Source of the DNA: Neophaeotheca triangularis
Taxonomy: Eukaryota
DNA: 43,032 nt
Direction: 5' to 3'
Assembly (NCBI GenBank): GCA_054600435.1
Contig: BAAIJX010000100.1
Location: 1 to 43,032 of the forward strand
Position numbers and translations under genes: made by a program. Positions 13,010 through 24,399 of this stretch are shown in pieces. The notes beneath the pieces are model-generated. The model made no database searches, had not been told where the DNA came from, and saw only the letters and a program-made list of their open reading frames with translations. Positions within the stretch are counted from its first letter, which is position 1; each line of letters starts with the position of its first letter.

Positions 13010-13891
13010 TCACGCCTTCTTCTTCGCGAAAGCACAAACCTCCTCCATACAATCCACCGACTGCATATCGACGCTAAAGTCCCATTGCCTCTTGTGCCTG
13101 CCAGGCCCAACATGCAGGTCGTCCAACAGCTCCTTGATCATCTTCATCATCGTCTTCGTCTTACCCGTGTTGGCGGGATCACCCTGATAATCCTCCCAGT
13201 AAGACGTTTGGAGATCCTCACAAAAGTATATTCCCCCGGGCTTCACCGCTTTCCACAAAGCCTCCAAACTCGCCCTCTGCTGATACATTTGGTGTCCGCC
13301 GTCGTCAATGATGATGTCAAAGTCTGTGCCCGCGGTTTCCATGAACTGATTCAGGAAAGCGACATCCGCCTGGTCGCCGGCGTAGATCGTCGCAGCGGTT
13401 GTGTTTGCCGCCCACTTCTCCGCGCACGCTGCGTCGTACTCGATGAAGTAGAGGTCAAGGTAAGGGAAGAATTCGAGCCAGGTGTAATACGAAGCGCCTG
13501 GGCCGTACGACATGTCGCAACCAAGGCCGATCTCGAGCAGTTTGAGCGGCTTGTCGCGGAGGGGCGCCAGGTACTTTTCGTACATGTGGTGGTAGGAGTG
13601 GGTTGTAACCTTGTCCGTGCCGTGTGAGAGGGCGACGTCGTAGAAAGTTGGTCGGGACGGGGATGAGGAGGGGGCGTTGGCTAGGCTGGTGAAAAGGTAA
13701 GTATTCGTGTGAAGGCTAGCCTGGCTCCACTCGACCTACCCCTTTGGTTTCTCTGGACTTGTTTCCGGCCCGTCGAGATGGGACCTCCATGATTCTGGCA
13801 CGCCGCTGCTTTGGTGAATTAGGGTGCCTCCTAGAAGCAAAACCGCTATTGCTGCTAGGATGTAGGGAAGTTTGCTTGTTGCTACGGCCAT
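13010..13891 (-). CDS. N-terminally anchored class I SAM-dependent methyltransferase (MycE/ElmM-like sugar O-methyltransferase signature); intron 13686-13739
   Basis: ATG 13891 gives MAVATSKLPYILAAIAVLLLGGTLIHQ (TM/signal anchor); phase-2 GT..AG intron joins to HGTDKVTTHSYHHMYEKYL, LLEIGLG, GDQAD, DIIIDDGGH, KPGGIYFCED. Confidence 0.85.
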
Positions 13892-14172
13892 TGTTGCGGT
13901 TTGCTGTAAACACTTTTAGAACAGATAGCTGGGAAGGAGAGAATCTCGCCCGTTTAACCAGACGCCTTCCAAGCCATTCCACTTCTCGACGCGTAGAAAA
14001 GCGCGCTGGACCAACGGAGGAATGCAAACTTCTCCATTACATCTTCCAAGTCCGCAAGGGGAAGCAATCCGGCCAAGCTCGAAAAGAATGTTTCGACGAC
14101 GACAAAAAAGATCATCTTCGCCTGCTTCGAGCCTTGACACGCAGCAGTTAACGACTTTTACGGGAAGCCGCC

Positions 14173-15768
14173 ATGGAACCGTACTATCTCTACTTCGCTT
14201 CGCTACTAATCCTTAACAGCGCTTTGGCCTACCATCAACACCAGCGGGGCTCCACTACCGAGAAAACCACCCGTTCGAACGAGAAAACCCTGGAAGAGGA
14301 AGAAGCCACTCTCGCACTCCCACAATTAGGCCCCGAAGACCTCGCCGACATTGACAACCATGCCAATGCCAGGGTGTCCCCGACGCCCTCCCTTCGTTCT
14401 TTCAAACTCACCTACTTCCCGCTCTACGCTCTGGCCATAGCCTCCGATTGGCTCCAAGGCCCCTACATCTACACCCTATACGCCCACGAGAAGAACTTGC
14501 CCGAGCCGGTTGTCGCAGCGCTGTTCACCACGGGTTTCATCGCCGCGGCAATTTCCGCGACTTTTGTCGGTGGCCTCGCAGACAAGTATGGTCGTCGGAG
14601 AGCATGCAGGGCGTTTTGCGTCTTGTACGCCGTCAGCTGCGCAACTGTCTTGAGCGACAATCTTGCCATCCTGTTTGTCGGCAGAGTTGTCGGTGGCGTG
14701 GGTACTACCCTGTTGTTCACGGTGTTCGAGGCTTGGATGGTTGGCGCTTTTGCGCATCAGGGCTTAAGCGCTGTAGATGGCGAAGGAGCCCTCGGCGGGC
14801 TGTTCGGGTTTGGTATCACTGTGAGTGGTGTTGTCGCCATCGCTGCGGGCGTGGTTGGCGAAGCCCTGGTCGGTTGGTTCGGCACGAAGACTGCGCCCTT
14901 TGTAGCTGCTATCGTATGTCTCATTGCTGCTTGGTGGGGCATCGGGAGGGTCTGGGGCGAAAATTTCGGGGAACTCGATGGGAGGAAGAACCCGGATGGG
15001 AAAGGCTGGGAGGGCTTGAAGATTATATTGACTGGTGAGTGCTCCCTTTGCTCAAAGACTTGTAACATTTCTGGGGTGCGACGCATCTGTGCTGACTGTG
15101 CCGGGGCAGACACTCGCATCCTCACGCTCTCTCTTGCCAGTGCCATCTTCGAGGGCTCTATGTACCTCTTCGTCTTCTTCTGGTCGCCGGCATTGCTCTC
15201 TGCACGTATCCGCAGTGCCGAAACCACTGCTGGAAATGAAACCGCCACGCCCGGCTCAACGCCCGACCCCCCACCCTTTGGCCTCATCTTCTCGACATTC
15301 ATGAGCGCAATGATGCTCGGCAGTCTCCTCTACACCCATCTCCAAACGCCCTCCACTCCTCCAACGTCACATCCACGATCCCCGACGCCCGGCCTCAAAC
15401 GCAACGATTCAACCTCGTCTCCTGCCCCCCACGCCCACCTCCTCCAGTCCCTCCTCTCCCTCTCCAGCATCGCCTTCCTCACCACCACCCTCGTCTACTC
15501 CGAACCCGCAACTTTCTTCACCTTCCTCCTCTTCGAGACCTGTGTCGGCTTGTACTTCCCCACCATGTCACGACTAAAGAACCTTGTAGTGGGCGAAAGC
15601 GTCCGGGCGAAAGTCTACGCTTGGATGCGATTGCCGTTGAATATTTTGGTTGTGGTTGCGTTGGGGGTTACGAGGGAGGGTGATGCGCATCGCGTGAGGG
15701 TTTTCACTGTGGTAGGGGCTTTGTTGCTCGGGGGATTTCTTGTTGTTGGGAGGGTGTTGGTGCGGTGA
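14173..15768 (+). CDS. MFS transporter of the MFSD5/DUF791 (MOT2, SAMT-1/GoSAMT) family; in-frame intron 15035-15109
   Basis: Signature ASDWLQGPYIYTLY, GGLADKYGRRRAC, TTLLFTVFEAWMV, FEGSMYLFVFFWSP, RAKVYAWMRLPLN; many TM segments; GTGAGT..GCTGAC..CAG intron. Confidence 0.9.
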   Translation: MEPYYLYFASLLILNSALAYHQHQRGSTTEKTTRSNEKTLEEEEATLALPQLGPEDLADIDNHANARVSPTPSLRSFKLTYFPLYALAIASDWLQGPYIYTLYAHEKNLPEPVVAALFTTGFIAAAISATFVGGLADKYGRRRACRAFCVLYAVSCATVLSDNLAILFVGRVVGGVGTTLLFTVFEAWMVGAFAHQGLSAVDGEGALGGLFGFGITVSGVVAIAAGVVGEALVGWFGTKTAPFVAAIVCLIAAWWGIGRVWGENFGELDGRKNPDGKGWEGLKIILTGECSLCSKTCNISGVRRICADCAGADTRILTLSLASAIFEGSMYLFVFFWSPALLSARIRSAETTAGNETATPGSTPDPPPFGLIFSTFMSAMMLGSLLYTHLQTPSTPPTSHPRSPTPGLKRNDSTSSPAPHAHLLQSLLSLSSIAFLTTTLVYSEPATFFTFLLFETCVGLYFPTMSRLKNLVVGESVRAKVYAWMRLPLNILVVVALGVTREGDAHRVRVFTVVGALLLGGFLVVGRVLVR

Positions 15769-17018
15769 GTTTGGATCATGTAGTGCCGATGGGCATGGTT
15801 GCGCAATTTCTAAAATGATGCGGCGGGTTCTGGGAAGTCTGAGGACCACGTCGCATTTGTATAGCTAGAGCTACCGAACGTTCAACCTCTTTTCCGCACG
15901 CGCTGCTGTCAATCCTGAACATGTTACCATGGGTTTCAACTCTAGCTTGTCACTGCGTCGAAAACTTTGGCACTTCCCATCGCTGGCAAGCCGCTGATTC
16001 AGCTTGACATGGTTAACTTACACCTCGGAAGTGGTCGAGCCTAGAAATCATGGCCCATTTCTGATTCCATCAGCAGCCTTCTTCGCGTCCTCGATGGCCT
16101 CGGGAGACATGCTCACATCATGTCGCAATTAGACCCTACCCTACCCTGTCCAAGTACTATATAAACTATAAAAGTATCGCTGTCTGCGTTTCACGAAGCG
16201 GGCGTCTCCCGAAATTGGGTTTGATACCGATTGCTGCCAAGCCAAAGCACCTACAATACCTTACTGTGTTCCAAGGTTCCCGTCTTCTGTATCTCCAGAC
16301 TACAATACCATAGTAACGTTACACCGTGAGCATGATGAGCGACAAGACATGACGAAACGTGGGAGTGATAATCCATTTCCACCAACGAGCCTTTGTACTA
16401 CTTAACTTACCTACTGTACCTTATGTATGTACCATGTAGGTTCAGTAGTACTGCCTCCGGTGGGCTAGTGCTAATGAACTGAGGTCACACGCCCACGAAA
16501 CATACACCCTGTCGGGCTATACAACGGCATTCCGACCAACCGCGTGCTTGTTGTGGGCGAAGAAGCTCCGAAGCCATCGCACCATACGTCGCTGTTGTTT
16601 AATAATATTAACAGGATGCAGTGATGTGGTGATGCACCCCGCGCGAGGCACCCCGCCTAAGGCCAATTTGGACGTCGTGTTTAGCCCGGGAGAGTAATCT
16701 AAAAGGCCTCGCTTCTTTGCCCATTCATCTATCACGGAGATTCTAGACGACCCTTTCACCCCCTAGACTCTACTTTGAAACCCTCGCTTCCTTTGCCTTT
16801 CATCTATCATAGAGACTCTGGCGGACCCTGCGCGGTAGCCTTGAACTTCGATTATACAACCTCTATTATCCGAGGGCACGTTGCGTGATGGTTGGTGACA
16901 TGGGACAAGGAGGTAATGATGTGGTGGGTGTCTATATAACAACGTCTTTCGCCCTCTTCCATCTCGAACCGACCTTCTCTCTCTTAATATCGCTCCTTCC
17001 TTCGCTTCTTCTCCTCAT

Positions 17019-17047
17019 ATCATCTTCATCTTCATCTTCATCTTCAC
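17019..17047. repeat. (TCTTCA)n hexamer repeat in the 5' UTR region of the GH43 gene
   Basis: Directly visible. Confidence 0.8.
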
Positions 17048-17075
17048 CTTCGGCCCTCCTTCGAACCGAACAAAC

Positions 17076-18102
17076 ATGTCGACCATGTTCAAGACTCTGG
17101 CTCTCGCCGTGCTGTCGCTCGCGCCTGGTGCGCTGGCCCAGTACCCCGGCCCCGGCCCCGTCACCGGAGACATCGGCGCCCACGACCCTACCGTTGTCAT
17201 TAGGCCTAACGGTGGCTATCTCCTCGGTGTGACCGCGCCGGGCATCGGCCTCAAGACTTCTGCCGACCGCACCCAGTGGGATAATGCGGGCGTGGCGTTC
17301 CCGGACGGCGCTCCGTGGACCCAGGAGTACACTGGCGCGGACGCATTTGCAAACCTGTGGGCTCCTGTAAGCACAGCCTCCATTCATAGCTTCTGCCGGC
17401 TGAGAGACATTCGCTGACATTCTTCACCACTAGGACTTGAGCTACCAAAACGGCCAGTACTACATGTACTACTCGGCCTCCTCCTTCGGTACCTCTCGCT
17501 CGGGCATCTTCCTCGCTACGAGCGCCACGGGCAACCAGGGCGACTGGCAGAACCAAGGTCTCGTCATAGAGTCCTTCTCGGGCGGCGAATACAACGCCAT
17601 CGACCCCAACCTCATCGTCGATGAGGCCGGCAACTGGAAACTCTCCTTCGGCTCCTTCTGGGGCGGCCTTTACCTCATCGACATCGACCCGTCCACCGGC
17701 CTGCGCTCCGGCGACTCCATTATCAACCTCGCCCGTCGTCAAGAAGCTGGCGGCGCCATCGAGGCTCCTGTCATTACGCACCACGGATCCTACTACTACC
17801 TCTGGGCCTCCTTCGACATCTGCTGCCAGGGTGCCGACAGCACGTACCGTGTCATGGTCGGCCGCTCCGCGGACGTCGAGGGCCCCTACGTCGACGCCGC
17901 GGGTGTTGACATGACTAACGGTGGTGGCTTGGAAGTGTTGGCCGGCAACCCCGGTGTCATTAACGGCCCAGGTCACCAGGCTGTATTGGAGGATTCAGAC
18001 GGTACCGCCCTGTTCTACCACTGGTACGACCCGTCGGGCTTTGCGCAGCTGGGCATCAACCTCATGAGGTGGGACGAGAATGGCTGGCCCGTTGTCTACT
18101 AG
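17076..18102 (+). CDS. Secreted GH43 endo-1,5-alpha-L-arabinanase; intron 17367-17433
   Basis: Signal peptide; catalytic motifs AHDPT, LWAPD (after splicing), YNAIDPN, SFGSFWGG, IEAP, GPGH. Confidence 0.92.
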
Positions 18103-18264
18103 GTGCGAGTTGTCACGGACTGGGTTTGTTCGGGGACGTAGCAGGGTGCTGTGTTGTCTTCCTACGTCATGTATTGTTCTTTAAGTAGCGTTTTTAACAC
18201 GATGCCCGTTGAAGTCGGTCGTCTATCTTCATGACCGCCTTCTAAAAGTGGACGAAATCCTACG

Positions 18265-18870
18265 TACTATACGTAAACTCTAACTAAAAGTCCTTCTCTT
18301 CAACAAATAAGTATATTTTTATCATATAATTATAGGTAGTAGTAAGAGAGCGAGATAAATTCAATTTATTTCTATAGGAGCTAGAAGTTAAGGAAGAGTT
18401 AAGAGAGGAATATCGAAGAGAGATAAAGGAGGATAAAAAGGGTAGGGAGGAAGGTAAGAGGTAGATAAGGGAGAGGGGAGAAGAGGTAGAGGAATAGGTA
18501 ATAAAGAATAAGTAAGACATAGAGTAGAGAGCTAAAAATATAGATAGATTTTAGGGGATAAATAGGGTAGGGAGAGTATTATAAAGATAGATAGTCAATA
18601 GGTATTATAACTATAGCGCTATTAGGGTATTAGTAGTCTAACTATAATACTTTAACGAGAATAAGAATAAGACTAAGACTATAACTTAGTTAGTATTATA
18701 GTATAGTAAAGGGGGAACATAATAATAGTAATAATAGTAATAGTCCTTTAATATAGAAACTATTCGATAGTAGATAGGAGACTTCTTTATTAGCTATCTT
18801 ATATACTTTTATAGTATATATACTTAGTATTCCTAAGCCCTCTATAGCTAGGCTACTATTATCCTATTAG
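18265..18870. mobile_element. Very AT-rich, heavily RIP-degraded repeat relic of unknown class; target of element B
   Basis: Abrupt GC drop, extreme TpA excess, no long ORF; no domain recognisable. Confidence 0.5.
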
Positions 18871-19028
18871 TACTACGACTAAAGGGTGTAGCACTAAGTG
18901 TGAGATATAAACAAGATAGATAGATGAAACTATCTAGCTATAGGGGTAGAAGTAGCTAGCCTAGGGCTAGGCTACTACCTTCCCTACTAGACTAATAGGG
19001 TAAGGGCTCCCTACCTCCTACCGTAATA
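18871..19028 (-). repeat. 3' LTR of element B (~158 bp)
   Basis: Minus strand begins TATTACGGTAGGAGG (RIP of TGTTAC..., same start as the A LTR) right after the PPT and ends GTCGTAGTA (cf. GTCGTAGCA in A). Confidence 0.8.
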
Positions 19029-19090
19029 AACTCCCCCCCCCCCTAAGAGGCGTACATGTCCTCATAAGCTAAGGTCATCTTCCTAAAGGG

Positions 19091-19390
19091 AAGTCGTCTC
19101 GACGAGATTAAGTCGTTATGGGTAGCGCGAAGTCGTCTCGACAACTAGGAGTCATGACGACTAACTAGAGTCATGTCGACCGGCTAGAGTCGTGTTAACT
19201 ACCGCGAGTCGTCCTAACTACCCGGAGTCGTCTTGACAAATAGAAGTCGTCTCGACTATTAGGAGTTATCTCGACTACTAGGGGTCGTCTAGATAGGGAA
19301 AAGTCGTCTAGACTTTATAGGGCCGTGTTAGTAGCGAATAGTCGTCTCGACAGTAAGAAGTCGTTTTGACAACGAGGGGTTATATTAGCC
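19091..19390. repeat. 19-bp-period array with GTCGTCTCGAC-like core in 3' UTR of B
   Basis: Units start 19131, 19150, 19169, 19188 ... 19340, 19359, 19378; spacers variable. Confidence 0.88.
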
Positions 19391-19559
19391 TTATAGTGTT
19401 CGAGAAGCCATTAGCGCTACGAGAGGCAGTAGCGTGATAGCTAGCCATAGTAGGAGGTCAGGGTGCGGTTAAAATAAGGCTTAAGGGTTTTAGTAGCGCG
19501 GGGAAGTTCCTTTATGCTTTAGATAAATATACTATGTACTATACTAGTTATATATCGCT

Positions 19560-19880
19560 CGCGTAAAAGCTCGTAGAGAGCGATAGCTATACTAGTATAA
19601 GCTATTAAAGTACTAGTCTATAGAAAAGCTCGTAGAGGGATAAAGCTATGCTAGGAAGAGCTGTCAAAACGCTAGTCTATATAGAGCTCGTAGAGGGTTT
19701 AAAGCCGTGCTAGGATAAGCTTCGAGGGATAAGCCTCATTTTAGTAGAGCGGAGATGCCGTGTAGTTAAAGGGATTTCGTCCTAAGTCGGTAGAGCGAAG
19801 GTACCTAGTAGTTAAAAGGGATTATGCCCTAAGTTAGTAGAGCGAAGGTACCTAGTAGTTATAAGGGATTTCGCCTAGAG
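19560..19880. repeat. ~58-bp (x3) and ~47-bp (x3) tandem repeats in 3' UTR of B
   Basis: GCTCGTAGAG at 19569/19628/19686; GTAGAGCG at 19744/19790/19837. Confidence 0.8.
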
Positions 19881-19959
19881 TACTACTTATAACCTAGGGT
19901 TATAGAACGGTATAGGTATGTTTACTTACTAACTAGGGAGTATTCGTAGGTAGTAGACG

Positions 19960-22900
19960 CTTATTAGGGTAGGGCGTCTTGTTTAAGCTATAGGGAGGGA
20001 CGGTCGCCGGCTTAGCGCTACTAGTAGGTACTCTAGATCGAGTGTTATAAGCTAGGCCTACTAGGGTTAGTTCGATAGTAGCTCGTGGCCTAATAGTAGC
20101 TTATAGCGCTATCCTACCTACTATTAGTAAGGACTAGAAGTCTAGCTTAGGAATGTTATTAGGGGGAACTAGTACCTAGAATAGTTAAGTGACGTCTATA
20201 CTAGAGGCATTTCCTATAGAGGGAGGGGGAGCGTCTAGTTGTTTAAAAGCCTAATTGTTCTATACTGTAGTAACCTAAGGGGGTAGGTCGATGACGTTAA
20301 GCTCGTCGTAGCGCATGGCGCCGTCCTTTACTAGCTTAATGTTAGTAGCTATGGCGGCGAGGGTATCGCGCTTAATATTAGTTATTACCTTTAGCTACTC
20401 CCTAGCTTCTTCCTAGAGGCGCTCCGATTCAATGTAAGCGCGCTCGGATACCTTTAGGGCGGTGTAGTATCTCTATGCTATATCGTCGTAGCTATACTAA
20501 GAATCGGCCGTTATCTCGTCGTCGATCGGTAGTAGAGGGTCCTATTAGGCTCCGGACATCATTAGGGCGTTAGAGCTAGTAGCGCTTTACGCGAAAGCGC
20601 CCTTATAGGGAGCTTTTATGGCTACTAGGGCCTAGTGTTTATCTTTAACGAATAGGTCGGCGAGTACCGCTAGGCCGTAGCGCTTCGTAGCTACTACGCT
20701 AGGGGGTAGGGGTAGTCTAGTAGGTAAGCGATACGAAGTCGTAGTCGTTAGGACGGGGGCGGTACTAATTAAGGGTCCTATAGGAGTTAAGTAAGGTAGG
20801 GGGAGGCGGAAAGCGTTACTAGTCCTACCTATAGACACTACTAGAGGGAGAGTAGCGCTTACTAGTAGCATATCGTCCTAGTCTTAGGGGGGAGGCAGGT
20901 TTATAGCATAGCGCTAAATCGGAAATAGGTCGGTGTCATAGAACTCTACTATGTTAGTAAGCTCCCTAATTACCTCTTGGCTAGGGATGCTAGGGACGGG
21001 TCTAGCTAGGGCATTATGGCCTTAGAGCTAAACATCTACGACCTATTAGGGCACTACTTAGTGTAGCTAGTTGAAGCTAGCTTACGTGTCGAGATACGTA
21101 CGCAGATCGTCCTACACGCGGTCTACGTCTACGTACTCCGGCTAGTCGATTTTAGTCTAATTAACCTCTATATCAGGGTCGTATCTAAAGATGGGTTTCC
21201 CTTTCTAGGAGTGATAAGACTTAGATGCGCCCGCTATATTAGGGCGTATCTAAGGGTAAAAAACGAGGTCATTAGTGTCGTAATCAATACGACGGTCGTC
21301 ATCGTGTGCTGTCTCTAGAGTGTCGTAATAGTATTTCCTACTACTAAGGGTATACATACCCTAGACGTAAACGTATTAGTAGCGGTTGTCGCTCTTAACG
21401 TAGATAACTACTAGTAGGCCGCGGGGACAGCGAATAGGTAGGGGTAATACATCCTAGTTAAAATTCGCTGGCTAGTTGTTATATAGGAACCTTTTCGATA
21501 GCACTTTATCTATATAATAGAGTAACATGAGCTTGTAAACGTTATAGTCGCTCAGGATCGCGTTCCTAGGCAGGAGGTTCTCGCGAGAGAAACGGGAGTG
21601 TATCATATAGTACTAGTAGTAGCCCTATATCTTAGCTAGGTTGAGCTCGGAGCCTAGCTCCTAGGAGATTTCGGCGCTTTTAGGGCAGGTTTCGTCGTAT
21701 ATTAGAAACTAGTCTTCGACCTTATCGACTCCGTTATAGTAGCGTATAGTGGTAAAGGGGTTCGGGATTCCGCCGCCTATAGTAGAGTTAACGAAAGGGG
21801 ATAGCGACTACATGTCACGAACTATAAGGCCTATAATATATAGGACAAGTTCGGTATAACTATAGGGCTCGCTCTCGGTCTTCTAGTGGGCTTCTTAGAG
21901 TATAGAGTAACGACCCTTAGAGAGTACCTTAATAAAGTAAGAAAGTGCTGTAGCGAATCTGTCGCCTAGTACTAACGTCTTTAAGACTTCGAAGGAGTAG
22001 AGTTGTCCTAAACGATTAGTTACCTAGCGCTCGTACTTAGTTATCTTGGCGAGCTCTTCTATAGGGGTAGATACTTTAGTACCGAAGCTATAGAAGATTA
22101 AGAAGTAGAGTGGATTAGTAGGCGCGGCGATGACTTAGTTGTCGTCTTCATATATAAAGTAGGCGATTGCCCTAGGCTAGGCGTTCGAGATGTAGTCTAC
22201 TAGCCTAGTACATAGCTTAGCTTGTTTAAGGGCGAGCTTAGCGATAGCCTATTTGTTATAGTACTCTAGGGACTCCTTAGGGTTTTTGCGCTCGACGCCT
22301 TCACGGATAGTGCTCTAGCGCTTAGTGTCGCGAAAAGCGTTGTCGATAGTTAATTGAGCTTTAAGAACGGCGAGGAGTCGGTCTCCTCTCCTATAACGGG
22401 CTACTACCTATATCGCCGACTCTTATAGGAGTAGTACTCTATTAAGAAGGAGTTACTCGGGTACTATGTAGCCGACGAGGTAGGCAAAACCTAGCGTAAC
22501 GACGACCTTAGTACGCTTCGAGTACTTAATCTAGGTAAGAGTACGCTCTAATAGGTTCTTTAGGGCTATAGGAAAAGAAGCGCGAAGTAACGGCTAGTAC
22601 TCTTCGTTTAACTAAGTAAGGCCGGCGAAAAGTGATAGGCCTATATAAGCTAATGTAAGCGACGCGGCTTCTATACCTTAGGGGCTATAGGCAGCTTTAA
22701 GCTAGGGTAGTAGCGTGGAGTCGTTATCGAGTTCTAATAGGCATAGGAAGAGTATACTGCCGAAGAGTGAATTAATTGGCGTAAAGCGGAAGTAAGTAAA
22801 CAAAAGCTTAGCTAAAGTTTAAGGGCGAAGGTCTTTACACTTTAGGTCGAGAAGATTAGTAGCGGCTAAGAGGCTAAGAGTGAAAGTGTCTTGAGTAAAA

Positions 22901-23133
22901 GAGACGCCGAGGTTAGTATAAAGGAGGACTACCGCCGCGTTTTCAATTAACTAGGCCTCGTGGGACTAGAATGGTAGCGATAGAGTAGGAAGGGAGTAGA
23001 TATCTAGAATGTGTAGTCTATTACGCGCGAAGGTGTCACGCTAGTAGGGAGACTACTAGGCTAGCGGTAGGTCTAGTTTTTCAATAGACTAGTAGACCGC
23101 TAAAGGCGCGGCGGGTTAAGATGTGTCGGCCAT
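19960..23133 (-). pseudogene. Extra ORF of element B (RIP-inactivated, unknown function); 3' end approximate
   Basis: ATG at 23133 is in frame with GSELNLAK..YY..HSRFSRENLLP (from 21654); YVYV*GMYTL and ID*PEYVDVD match the A extra ORF. Confidence 0.8.
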
Positions 23134-23454
23134 TATGCTATTCTCTCCCTATAGGAGGCGAGGGCATATAGTTTAGGTTAAGTTAGTCTCTTATATACGA
23201 AGAAAGCGTCTTGGTATGAAGTACGGTAAGAGTATAAGCTCGTTTGGCGTAAGAGCTACTAGTAGTAGGTTAGCGGAGGTGTACTCGATTTTAGAGATGT
23301 TATCGCTAGGTAGTAACAAGTTAGAGTTGTCTAACATATAAGAGTGTGAAGTAGGTAGGCGACTAAGTGTTATTATGGAGCGAAGGTGTTATGTGAAAAG
23401 GGTGTTGTGGCTAGGTATAGTTATAGGGTAAGGGAGAACTTTTCAGAAAGGTAT

Positions 23455-23601
23455 TATTACGGCAGGAGGATCGTAGGCTACGGCAGGAGGCTGCCTACCC
23501 GACAGGCCGCCTGCCCGATACTTAGGGATAGTATCGTACATAGACTCACCTATCATCTTATATCCACTTCACATTCTGACCCATACTGTTAGGTCGTGGC
23601 A
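23455..23601 (+). repeat. 5' LTR of element A
   Basis: Aligns without gaps to 36299-36445; TA(TG)...CA ends; followed by ACTAGTAG (probable RIP-altered TGG PBS). Confidence 0.96.
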
Positions 23602-23644
23602 ACTAGTAGCTAAGAACGTTAAGATTAACTGACCGAACTCCTCT

Positions 23645-23890
23645 AAGTCGACTCTACCCTATAAAGTCGTCTCCGCTAGGCGAGGTCGACTCCACAACAC
23701 TAGGTCGACTCCATAACACTAGGTCGACTCCAAAACACAAGGTCGACTTAGCGGAACGAAGTCGTCTCCACCTTATCAGGTCGTCTCTACCTAGTCAGGT
23801 CGACTCGACCTAAGTCGACACAGTCGACGACCTTAGCTAAGGCCGACGGCAAGACTTAAAGTCGACCCCTACCTACCAAAAGTCAACTCT
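23645..23890 (+). repeat. 19-bp-period GTCG(A/T)CT array in 5' UTR of A
   Basis: GTCG at 23647, 23666, 23685, 23704, 23723, 23742, 23761, 23780, 23799; looser copies follow. Confidence 0.9.
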
Positions 23891-24399
23891 AGGGTAGTGG
23901 GGTTTACGCCCGATCGCCGCGGTGACGCGCGAGTCGACATACCGTATAAAGAGGAGGTTAGACTTTAGAGTGATAGTTAGGTCCTAACCGTCTCTATACG
24001 GGCCTAGACGAGCTTAAAGCTCGCCCGGTAGCCGCGTAACCAATCCGCAGAACGCTTTTAACTACTACTCATAGCCGGCTACAATTAAAGCCTTACTACT
24101 CACCGAATAGAACTACAACCATTTGCCCTCATCTTTCCGTACCTACCGCGGTCGCCCGCGGCTTCCGGTCGTTACCCGAACCCGCGGAAGGAGCGTCATC
24201 GATTGTTGACACACCTAGACCTAATTGCCTTGCCAGGCTGCTTAATCGCCGGAAGTCGATTGAGCTAACACCGTAAACCTAGAACCGCTACTAGACCTCG
24301 CTAACGCCTCTATCGATCGAGCGTACTAGCTAGCTAACTACTACGCTAATCATTAACGCTTAAAAGCAGTAGTGGGAAGGTACCTAAGGCTGAAGGCAA

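Noticed and set aside
16133..16148. CCCTAC repeats as an interstitial telomere
   Set aside because: Only about two and a half units and not CCCTAA
6454..18102. Secondary-metabolite gene cluster
   Set aside because: No PKS/NRPS/terpene synthase backbone or cluster regulator; the genes are functionally unrelated apart from the methyltransferase/transporter pair
19091..19390. Repeat-spacer arrays (also 23645-23810 and 38462-38705) as CRISPR arrays
   Set aside because: Units are only 19 bp with degenerate cores, lie inside eukaryotic retroelement UTRs, and there are no cas genes
23602..23620. tRNA identity of the primer-binding site
   Set aside because: RIP obscures the original sequence; no tRNA can be assigned by eye
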